This document shows, in pieces, positions 17,839 to 25,782 of a stretch of 64,000 nt of DNA (within the stretch, counting starts at the first letter, position 1; the number at the start of each line of letters is the position of its first letter). The translations under genes were made by a program, and so were the position numbers. The notes beneath the pieces are model-generated. The model searched no databases, was not told where the DNA came from, and was given only the letters and a program-made list of their open reading frames with translations. The DNA comes from a virus, in IMG/VR virus record IMGVR_UViG_3300026484_000053, positions 129,701-193,700 of that record; one strand, given 5' to 3'.

Positions 17839-20142
17839 TTATATAGTTTCTTTTAGATATTCGTGTTTTACTTCTTCAGCTGTTGTATGAACATCCTTAT
17901 AAGTCATTTTTCTCATCTGATAATTAGATTCGTCCATCCATCTAGGTAACGTACCGTCAGGTAAAGCATTAATAAAAAACTTAGTTCCTCTATAATCGTC
18001 TCTATCATCAAAATCCATACCTTTAACTAAAGCTCCATTAATATAGAATTTTATTACACTACCGTCTGAGCATATGTCGATTTTATTCCATTCATACGTA
18101 AGAATTACTTTCTTAGAACTAACTGACTTCCTATTAAAATACACTTTAGCTACTTTGTTATCTACCTCTAGCGCTAACCAAGAACTCCAGTTATTATCTC
18201 CACTTCCTATGCTAAATATTCTTGACTCTTTATAGTTTCTAACATTAAGCCACAACGATATTGTAAATTCTCTAGCGTTATATCTGTCATCTGATTGAAG
18301 TTGAATTTTTTCTTTGTTTCTAACGTCTATTATGCCATCTGTAATAGAACAACTGTTACTTAAAGGACTTGGGTACATATTAGACGCTAACGTTTCGTGT
18401 ACTATATGATTTGTGTCTGAATTATCCTTTAATTCTCCAACTATATTTTCAAATTCTGACGAGCCAGGTTTTTTAACTAGGCATTTATACGAAGTTCCAC
18501 CAGAACCTTGGTAATGTCTGAATCTTAACTTATATGTCTTGCTAGAGTCTAGAAATTCCATCCCGGATTTCATAGCGTTTACGCCATGTCCACCATAATC
18601 TGCTACTATAACTTTGTTATCTATACTTAACTCTACTGCGTCGTCGCCTTGAAGTTCAAATTCATAATAACCATCTACAGAAGGGCAATATGTAGTCTGT
18701 ATAATAGTTATATAGTTTCTGTATGTCTTGAAATTGTTCCATTGTGTTAATTCAGAATTAACACCTTGTTGTACTTCATTAAACAAACAATTATTTTTAG
18801 TACCGTAAATTTTTTCAACACTGTCAAACTCAGCAAAATTGTCTATATGGTTAGTACCTCTTGTACCTGTGCTATAATATGACACCATACAACCAGGCAC
18901 AGTTGCACTTTCAGTGTTTTCTATTAGTAACTTTTCGTAAAGACCGGCTACCATACCTCCACTCATAGAATAATTAAATTCGTTAAGAGCATATATTTTA
19001 CCTCTAAGGCCGTAGTTAGAATTATATCTGTTATTACCGACTACCATAGAGTATCCGTAGTTTCGTATCTTAATAGCTCTATTAATAGTGCATACATACA
19101 GACCGTTTAAGTAAACAGTAATATGTTCTTTATCTCCGTTATATGTAATAATCAGATTGTTTACTACGCCTTCTCTTATTGTGCATATTTTAGTTGTACT
19201 TGAAGCAAAATTAAGATATAAGCTGCCATTACTAGCGTATAGATAATATTGCCCTAACTTGTATAGTATATATTGTATACTATGTTTGTCTGTTTGTTCA
19301 AAAATAATAGACATTGTAAACGGTTCTTCAGGATTGATACTTATACCTGGATCAAATTCTACGCTTGTTTTACCAGTAAACGAAGCGTCAATGTTATTCT
19401 CGAATCCTTTACATATACCAATACTCTTAGCTACAGTGTCTCTGACTTGTCCAGAAATTAAAGATAACGCGTCGTCAAATCTTGCACTAAAAAATAATCC
19501 TTTTTCAGTTTTGTCTTCTATAGGTACTTCAACTACACTGTCATCACTATAAATCTCTTGTAAGTATTGAGTTTTACTTTTTCTTTCGTTAACGTCGTAT
19601 AAACCATCCATCATTAACGTAGCGCTAACCGCTGTTACTGCTGTTATTCTAATTATTGGATCTTTAATTTGATTTTTAGCATCGAAATTAAATGTATTTA
19701 AAGAATGAACAGTTATTTTAGTCATTTTTGGTTCTATTATTTGAAATTCTATAGTACCAGATGCTGAAGTTATTACGACATTATCAAGAAATCCCTTAAA
19801 AATTATATCTTTAGTCTCTCCCCTAGTCATCGTAGCGCTTATGTTTTGGTAGTAATACATATTACTAGCTGCTGGAGCACTTCCGTCACCAGAATCTACA
19901 GTAACATTAGTTTGGGTTACCTTGTTATCAAGTATGTCAACGATTTTCTGAACAGAAGTCTCAGATACACCGTCTGCGTACATCATAGAAATGTTGCCAT
20001 CACTTATAGCTTTAACAATTTCATCTGTACCTTGTCTTAGCTGAGTAGCAGTACCCATATCTGAAATAGCCATCTCCTCGCCGCTATCTAAAGAAAGTCC
20101 CATCACGTCAAATTCTGCATCAGTTATGTTTTTAATAATCAT
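17839..20142 (-). CDS. LamG-PA14-LamG carbohydrate-binding-like virion protein
   Basis: PA14-like GYYEFELQGDDAVELSIDNKVI..GGHG..G...L..YKLRFRHYQGSGG; two LamG-like FT(M/I)S(I/L).. / .YLNG or YING blocks. Confidence 0.65.
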   Translation of the reverse strand: MIIKNITDAEFDVMGLSLDSGEEMAISDMGTATQLRQGTDEIVKAISDGNISMMYADGVSETSVQKIVDILDNKVTQTNVTVDSGDGSAPAASNMYYYQNISATMTRGETKDIIFKGFLDNVVITSASGTIEFQIIEPKMTKITVHSLNTFNFDAKNQIKDPIIRITAVTAVSATLMMDGLYDVNERKSKTQYLQEIYSDDSVVEVPIEDKTEKGLFFSARFDDALSLISGQVRDTVAKSIGICKGFENNIDASFTGKTSVEFDPGISINPEEPFTMSIIFEQTDKHSIQYILYKLGQYYLYASNGSLYLNFASSTTKICTIREGVVNNLIITYNGDKEHITVYLNGLYVCTINRAIKIRNYGYSMVVGNNRYNSNYGLRGKIYALNEFNYSMSGGMVAGLYEKLLIENTESATVPGCMVSYYSTGTRGTNHIDNFAEFDSVEKIYGTKNNCLFNEVQQGVNSELTQWNNFKTYRNYITIIQTTYCPSVDGYYEFELQGDDAVELSIDNKVIVADYGGHGVNAMKSGMEFLDSSKTYKLRFRHYQGSGGTSYKCLVKKPGSSEFENIVGELKDNSDTNHIVHETLASNMYPSPLSNSCSITDGIIDVRNKEKIQLQSDDRYNAREFTISLWLNVRNYKESRIFSIGSGDNNWSSWLALEVDNKVAKVYFNRKSVSSKKVILTYEWNKIDICSDGSVIKFYINGALVKGMDFDDRDDYRGTKFFINALPDGTLPRWMDESNYQMRKMTYKDVHTTAEEVKHEYLKETI

Positions 20143-20163
20143 TATTGTTCCTTATACTTATAT

Positions 20164-20826
20164 TTATTGAGGTGTATATATTTTTCTTAGTTCTAATATC
20201 AGTACAGGGTTATCTAGTTTAGTACTAAGAATTCTACCAGCTAACCATACACCTGACGATAAGTCTATATTTAATGAATCTGCGTAGAAGTAGTCAGTAG
20301 CAGTACTACCTAGGTTTACTGTAGCCAGTACGTCTACACCATCACTTATGTCTCGTATCTCCATAACTTCACCACTATTCTCGTCTGTAGTGTAGTATTC
20401 TGCTGCAACTAAGCAGTAGTCTTCATTGTCTTGTATTTTAAACGGTACCCTGTCACTTCTAATTTCCGGTATATAATTCATATACCTTCTTCTCTTACCA
20501 GTGCCATTCTCATAGAAGTTTATCTTTATGCTTTGATTAGCTAAGTATTTCTGCCTTGCCTCATCCCAGTAGTACGGTAACGATATAACTGTTAATCCTT
20601 CTACTGGATCATCTGCTTTAACTACTTTCCATTTTATCGTACCTGCATCGTCGTATGACTTTAGTATTGAGTTACCTTCTACTGGTACGGGTAGTAGTCC
20701 CTCTGGCGAGTGTTCGTTATTCGTATGCTCAGTAAATGCATCTTCCATTTCTTTCTGTGTAGCAACACCTTGCAGATTCAATTCCTCAACATACTCTCGT
20801 TTAACGCCTCTACTTCTTACAGCCAT
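20164..20826 (-). CDS. Putative fibre-associated protein
   Basis: 220-aa ORF; YYWDEARQKYL motif. Confidence 0.55.
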   Translation of the reverse strand: MAVRSRGVKREYVEELNLQGVATQKEMEDAFTEHTNNEHSPEGLLPVPVEGNSILKSYDDAGTIKWKVVKADDPVEGLTVISLPYYWDEARQKYLANQSIKINFYENGTGKRRRYMNYIPEIRSDRVPFKIQDNEDYCLVAAEYYTTDENSGEVMEIRDISDGVDVLATVNLGSTATDYFYADSLNIDLSSGVWLAGRILSTKLDNPVLILELRKIYTPQ

Positions 20827-20872
20827 CTTATTTCCTTATACAATCTATATCGTTTAAATAATTTATTTAAAG

Positions 20873-20900
20873 ATCTGGAGTTACGAAAGTAACTCCAGAT
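20873..20900 (-). terminator. Terminator-like hairpin
   Basis: Perfect 12-bp stem atctggagttac/gtaactccagat with 4-nt loop just after the 20906 stop. Confidence 0.65.
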
Positions 20901-20905
20901 TGTTA

Positions 20906-21739
20906 CTACGCGTTGTATGCGTAAGTAACTGTAGCGTCAAGTCCGTCGTAATCGCCAGCATTATCAACTGCTAGTGTAACTTCTTTAGCGTCATCAACTG
21001 TACATTCTACTAAGTCAAACGTACCGTCACCATTGTTTATACTAGCAACACCTGTAAATATACAATTATCTAATGGTTGGTTAGTTAATGTAAACTTATC
21101 AGAAGAAACTGACTTAGTTTCATTTATAAACTTAGTACTTACTGTACTAACTGCGTCATCAACATAAGTTTTAATTGTAGCTCTATCAGATAACTTAGTA
21201 GTTTCTAATGTCCAATCAGCTTCAGTTGTAACGTCACCATCTCTTAATAAGTCAGCACTTTCAGTATTATCAATCTTATCGAAATCAGTACCTGCAGTTG
21301 CTCCAACTACTGTAGCATTAGCGTAGATAGTATCATTAACTTCCATTTCAAGGCCATCAATTGTCCCCGCTACTGTTACTTTGTATAACCAACCTTTAGT
21401 TACGTCAGCTGGTAGTGCTCCACTTGATGCATCAAATCCACCTTTATAAACAACTCCACCACTAAGTCCATCTAGTAAATCTTTTAACGATTTAACTGCC
21501 TTACTTGATGCAACGTTTGTTTCACTGTCTAAATCTAAATCATTACTGATACTAGTTTTGTCTATTTTTAAGTCGTTACCAACTTTGAATGCATTAGCAC
21601 CTATGAATTTATCATCAAATGCTGCTGTACCATCTACTGTAGTAACGTCAGTTACAATGTCATTCGCTCTGTGAATTCTATCATCTAGTTCTGTCTGTAA
21701 ACCTTTTACAAAGGCTACTCTTCTTTTAATTGCTGCCAT
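20906..21739 (-). CDS. Putative head/tail fibre-like structural protein
   Basis: GGVVYKGGFDASSGALP...GWLYKVTVAGT motif of the kind seen in phage fibre proteins; AGGAG SD. Confidence 0.55.
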   Translation of the reverse strand: MAAIKRRVAFVKGLQTELDDRIHRANDIVTDVTTVDGTAAFDDKFIGANAFKVGNDLKIDKTSISNDLDLDSETNVASSKAVKSLKDLLDGLSGGVVYKGGFDASSGALPADVTKGWLYKVTVAGTIDGLEMEVNDTIYANATVVGATAGTDFDKIDNTESADLLRDGDVTTEADWTLETTKLSDRATIKTYVDDAVSTVSTKFINETKSVSSDKFTLTNQPLDNCIFTGVASINNGDGTFDLVECTVDDAKEVTLAVDNAGDYDGLDATVTYAYNA

Positions 21740-21837
21740 AATTTTTCTCCTATTATTTTAGTATATGCGCTCTGATTAACGCGAATCTTCTCCCTTTATC
21801 CAAAGCACATGCTCCCCACTCCAGGTATTTTATTATT

Positions 21838-23070
21838 TTATTTTTTCAGTTTTGCAGGTATTCTTATTTCAAAAGTAGTGCCCTTAGGTGTAGACTCAAC
21901 TATTTTAACATCGCCTTTTACTTCATTAAGCAAATACTTACTTAAATACATACCATTACCTCTAGTTTCGCCAACTCCTGCTTTAGTACTAAAATTAGCA
22001 TCGAATACTTTCTTCCATATATTTTTCTTTATACCATTACCGTTATCCATAAACCTAACTGTTAAATAGCCTTTATCAAAGTCTATAAAGGCTACATGTA
22101 TTCTGTTAGCGTTAGCCTCTATTGAGTTCTTAATATAGTTAATGAATATGCTCATTAAATCTGCGTTTTTCATCTTTTCAAGTCCATAATTAGCAAGTTC
22201 ACTATCAGTGGTAAACGTAAAGTTACTTTCTATAACAGACATTGTTTTAAATGAGCCTTTCATTATATTGGCAATTGACTTATTACCGTTACTGTATCTA
22301 AGATGCTTAAATCCTTTCATTTTTTCAAGGATGGCATATATTTGTTCAGATGAAGTTTTAATATACTCAAAATCTTCGTCAAGTTTTTTAAACGTATCGT
22401 ATCTTGTTATTCTGTCTTCACTAGCGTTGTCGAGAGCGTCGATACGTGCCTTTTCTTCTTTTAAAGTCTTTATCATAACGTTATGAACTTTCTCAATCTT
22501 GTTATCTATTACTTCTAATGGTGTATTTAGTTCATGATGTATGTTTTCTGTGATGTTTATCATTGTTTTGTTGGCTAGTAACGCTTCGTTACCAGATTGG
22601 CTTACTATATTTGATAGCTTCTCGTCTTTCATAATAATGATACTTATTATCATTAAGTAAAACAATAGAAAAGGTAGAGACAGCATAAATACGAATAACA
22701 ATTTTTCTTTTTGCGCTGCTACGTCAAAAGTTATAATGTATTGTGAACATCTAAAAAATAGCTCAAAAGTCTTGAAGTCAAAACCGTAGTCGTTATATTC
22801 TACGCTAGAAGATATATTAGAGCGTGTTATCCTTTTAAGCTCTTTCTTATCGTATATATACATTTTATCCTTAAAACTTATACTTTTACATTGAAATAGT
22901 TTACAAGTATCGTCAACGCTTATAGGATGACCTTGTTTTGCTGACATGTAAAGCATTTCTTGCTTTAATTCATTTATGTCGTAAATTTTTGACATAAAGA
23001 ATATAACACCAAAAGAAGCGAGAAGCATTATTAATGATCCAAGCATTCTTTCTATTATTTTAATTACCAT
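21838..23070 (-). CDS. Membrane sensor histidine kinase
   Basis: 2 TM segments; H-box IHHELNTPL; N-box IKNSIEA; G1 DNGNGI; F-box FDANFSTK; G2 GNGMYL. Confidence 0.92.
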   Translation of the reverse strand: MVIKIIERMLGSLIMLLASFGVIFFMSKIYDINELKQEMLYMSAKQGHPISVDDTCKLFQCKSISFKDKMYIYDKKELKRITRSNISSSVEYNDYGFDFKTFELFFRCSQYIITFDVAAQKEKLLFVFMLSLPFLLFYLMIISIIIMKDEKLSNIVSQSGNEALLANKTMINITENIHHELNTPLEVIDNKIEKVHNVMIKTLKEEKARIDALDNASEDRITRYDTFKKLDEDFEYIKTSSEQIYAILEKMKGFKHLRYSNGNKSIANIMKGSFKTMSVIESNFTFTTDSELANYGLEKMKNADLMSIFINYIKNSIEANANRIHVAFIDFDKGYLTVRFMDNGNGIKKNIWKKVFDANFSTKAGVGETRGNGMYLSKYLLNEVKGDVKIVESTPKGTTFEIRIPAKLKK

Positions 23071-23091
23071 ATCTAGGCTCTGTTTAGTTAC

Positions 23092-23688
23092 TTAATAAAA
23101 TATTACAGAATAAAGAGCTGCTACTATAAAACTACCAACTATAGCAAATATAGCACTGTTAAAATACGTCATAGACTCGTCGTGTTGAGCACCTTGACCA
23201 AGAGTATATATGTTATCCTTAATCTTAAACTGTTTAAAAGAAACGTATTCTACACTCTCGTCAAACAGCCATTCAGTATTACCAGTCTTATCAGTCTGTG
23301 CAGATAAAAATTCATTAACAGCGTTAATACAAGTTTCAGGTTTTTTAAACAATTTACAAACACTTTCACTAGTCATGAATAACGCGTCAATATTGTTTAG
23401 TTTACAGTCAGTACTAGAATCCCATATTAACATTTTATCAAAATGTCTAATTACAAAAACATCACCAGTTATTCCCATACTTCTAGAACCTTTAGCACAA
23501 ACATCAAGAGCGTTTATAAAATTACGTTCGTCTTCCAGAGAACCAGGTATACCTTCTATACATACTTTTATGTTATGTATATTAAGTTCATTTTGTGATA
23601 CAGCTGTGTTTTTAACACTATATTGTAACGTGGAAATTGTAACATAACATAACGCTACTAAAATAATTATACCAGATATTTTCTTCAT
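23092..23688 (-). CDS. Two-TM extracytoplasmic sensor-like protein (Cache-like?)
   Basis: Hydrophobic N- and C-termini around a ~140-aa Cys-containing loop. Confidence 0.6.
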   Translation of the reverse strand: MKKISGIIILVALCYVTISTLQYSVKNTAVSQNELNIHNIKVCIEGIPGSLEDERNFINALDVCAKGSRSMGITGDVFVIRHFDKMLIWDSSTDCKLNNIDALFMTSESVCKLFKKPETCINAVNEFLSAQTDKTGNTEWLFDESVEYVSFKQFKIKDNIYTLGQGAQHDESMTYFNSAIFAIVGSFIVAALYSVIFY

Positions 23689-23709
23689 ATTCTACCTCTG
23701 TTTTATGAT

Positions 23710-23721
23710 TATTTATAAATA
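23710..23721. promoter_or_regulatory. Overlapping divergent late promoters (palindrome TATTTATAAATA)
   Basis: TATAAATA on both strands, 22-23 nt from the starts of 23688 (-) and 23744 (+). Confidence 0.6.
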
Positions 23722-23743
23722 ATTATAAACTTAAGGATGTAGA

Positions 23744-24049
23744 ATGATTTACTGTATAGCTGAATTTGAAGCAAAAGAAGGACGAGCTGATGAGTTATTT
23801 AACGCTCTTAAGCAATTAGAAAAAGAAACCAGGGTAGAACAAGGGTGTATTCAGTATATCGTTATGCGGAAAATATTAAATAATTACGCTAAAGGAGATC
23901 ATAAAGGTATTATATTTAATGAAATATGGGAAACTGAACAAGATTTTAATGCGCATAATGAAAGTAATCATGTACAAAAATTCTTTAAAGAACAATGCTT
24001 AAACGAAAACGGATCTACATTATCTTGGAATGTTAACTGCTTCAGCTAA
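23744..24049 (+). CDS. ABM-family protein (putative quinol monooxygenase, YgiN-like)
   Basis: A.F.AKEG..DEL...L..L...TR.EQGC..Y; F.EIWE....F.AH..S.H; AAGGA SD. Confidence 0.85.
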   Translation: MIYCIAEFEAKEGRADELFNALKQLEKETRVEQGCIQYIVMRKILNNYAKGDHKGIIFNEIWETEQDFNAHNESNHVQKFFKEQCLNENGSTLSWNVNCFS

Positions 24050-24075
24050 CAGAGCCTGTTAGGATTCTATATAGC

Positions 24076-24834
24076 TTACTGCTTTGAATCCTTGTGCCAA
24101 CCAAATTTAGTGCTTATAAACTTTCTTCTAGAATCCATGTCTAGCGACGTTTTATAAAGCACATACTTATTAATATTATCTCCATTCTTAGCATTAAAAC
24201 GATCAATTAAAATTTGGTTAGTTTTAATGTAAGGATTAAGATTATTTCCTGTGTAAAATAGGAAATTCACATCTGGGTTTTTATCAATCATGTCACAATA
24301 TATGTCAACACCATTTAATTTTAAATTGCCATCAGCGGTCATTGTACTTCCACCTATAGTAATATCTATTATAGCGTATTTAATGTTCAAATTATGCGTC
24401 TGTTGAAGAATTCTATATCTGAATGCAGCAAGCTTAGAGCTTATGCAAAGCACGTTAAAATCACTTAATTTTATTCTGCCCTCTTCATCAAAGTACTCTA
24501 AGTCATCTTTTAGAAATGAAACAACACCTTCATTGTCATCTATAAGTAATATAGTTTTCTTTCCTTCTTTAAATTCTTTGCCAAGTTTAAAATTCCATCT
24601 ACAACTCTTCCAACACTGTTTTGATGTACAAGACGCATCAAACTCACAGTCGTATTTACTTTCTTTGTCGTCTTTAAATAGCTGACTAGAAGTTGGTTTT
24701 TGGGTATTACGTTTCTTATCTATTAATGTTTTAGCAGTTTTAGCAGTTTTAGCAGTTTTTGATACCACTACACTTTTAATAGAAGTAATCCAGTCTTTAA
24801 TTGTTTTAAATGTTTTATAAACGTATTTCATCAT
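24076..24834 (-). CDS. Response-regulator receiver protein with N-terminal Cys cluster
   Basis: TILLIDDNE, AIIDITIG (phospho-Asp), FYTGN, LYKT; CEFDASCTSKQCWKSC; no output domain. Confidence 0.8.
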   Translation of the reverse strand: MMKYVYKTFKTIKDWITSIKSVVVSKTAKTAKTAKTLIDKKRNTQKPTSSQLFKDDKESKYDCEFDASCTSKQCWKSCRWNFKLGKEFKEGKKTILLIDDNEGVVSFLKDDLEYFDEEGRIKLSDFNVLCISSKLAAFRYRILQQTHNLNIKYAIIDITIGGSTMTADGNLKLNGVDIYCDMIDKNPDVNFLFYTGNNLNPYIKTNQILIDRFNAKNGDNINKYVLYKTSLDMDSRRKFISTKFGWHKDSKQ

Positions 24835-24848
24835 TTCTCCTTTATACT

Positions 24849-25307
24849 TTAAATTATGAATTTTCCAACAGCAGTTATAACTTTAATAAACGCGTCTGGT
24901 GCAAATATTGCAGCAGCAGCTAAAGTTATAATAGCAGCGTACATCATAAGAACTTTAACATCTTTTAGATTTTTAGCCTTATTGAGCACGGCACTAAACG
25001 AATTTTGATTAGTATTTGCTTGTGTTGTTTTAGATTTAATCATTTCCTTCACTATTTTTTCTTTCTGATCTATTAATTGGTTAAAAGAGTCTACAATAAT
25101 GTCACTAAACATTGATTGATTGGTTTCTAATTTATCGTTAATAAAGACTATGAATTGTATTAATTCTTGGTGTTCTGGATACTTACTAGTAAGTAAAATT
25201 AAAGAATTATGAAAATCTTGTGTACTAGAACCTATGATTTCAAGTTGGTTATTAAAATCATGTTTAAGTTCATGTAAAGACTTTTCTATATCTTTTAAAT
25301 TTTCCAT
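24849..25307 (-). CDS. Coiled-coil protein with H-box-like motif and C-terminal TM
   Basis: LHELKHDFNNQLEII; helical; hydrophobic tail LMMYAAIITLAAAAIFAP. Confidence 0.6.
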   Translation of the reverse strand: MENLKDIEKSLHELKHDFNNQLEIIGSSTQDFHNSLILLTSKYPEHQELIQFIVFINDKLETNQSMFSDIIVDSFNQLIDQKEKIVKEMIKSKTTQANTNQNSFSAVLNKAKNLKDVKVLMMYAAIITLAAAAIFAPDAFIKVITAVGKFII

Positions 25308-25361
25308 GCAAACTCCTTTATATTTTAGTATTATTTATCTACTAAGTTACACATATTCTGT

Positions 25362-25395
25362 TTTAATATAAATTTAATCTAAATAATGTTATAAT
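25362..25395 (+). promoter_or_regulatory. RpoD-type promoter
   Basis: TTTAAT at 25362 and 25373, TGTTATAAT at 25387. Confidence 0.7.
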
Positions 25396-25427
25396 GTATT
25401 ATAAACAAGACAAAATAAAGGTTAAAA

Positions 25428-25646
25428 ATGATTAAAGTGTTAGAAGAAAGATTAAAATACGAGTTAAATAATATAGAGTCTCCAGGTAAATATGCAGAAG
25501 CATTAATGCTTGTTAATATAGTACAAGATTCAAAAAGTATAGATGAAGCACTTGCGTTCGTTGCAAATATGCAAAAACGAGCTAAATCACCAGCTTACGT
25601 ATTGCAATATAAAGCTTATGAAAAAAGATTAAATGCAGCTAAGTAG
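25428..25646 (+). CDS. Hypothetical protein (72 aa)
   Basis: Promoter and AAGG SD upstream. Confidence 0.65.
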   Translation: MIKVLEERLKYELNNIESPGKYAEALMLVNIVQDSKSIDEALAFVANMQKRAKSPAYVLQYKAYEKRLNAAK

Positions 25647-25682
25647 CGTACTAACATAACTAATCGTAATAATTAATATTGT

Positions 25683-25704
25683 TTTAATATTAATGTGTTA
25701 TAAT
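25683..25704 (+). promoter_or_regulatory. RpoD-type promoter
   Basis: TTTAAT at 25683, TGTTATAAT at 25696. Confidence 0.7.
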
Positions 25705-25782
25705 TATATATGATTTTAATCAGTTACTTTACATCAGTGTAAATGTACTATTATTAAACAAAGTTAAATAAAGAGAGACAAA

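Noticed and set aside
530-22486. Plus-strand track ORFs in the structural arm (e.g. 1301..1633, 10746..11189, 14719..15054, 21809..22069)
   Set aside because: Antisense shadows of long minus-strand genes, without SD or recognisable motifs
21838-25307. Host contamination or prophage boundary explaining the two-component genes
   Set aside because: No integrase or att site; composition matches the flanks; phage-type late motifs lie inside the cluster; only read mapping can fully exclude a chimera
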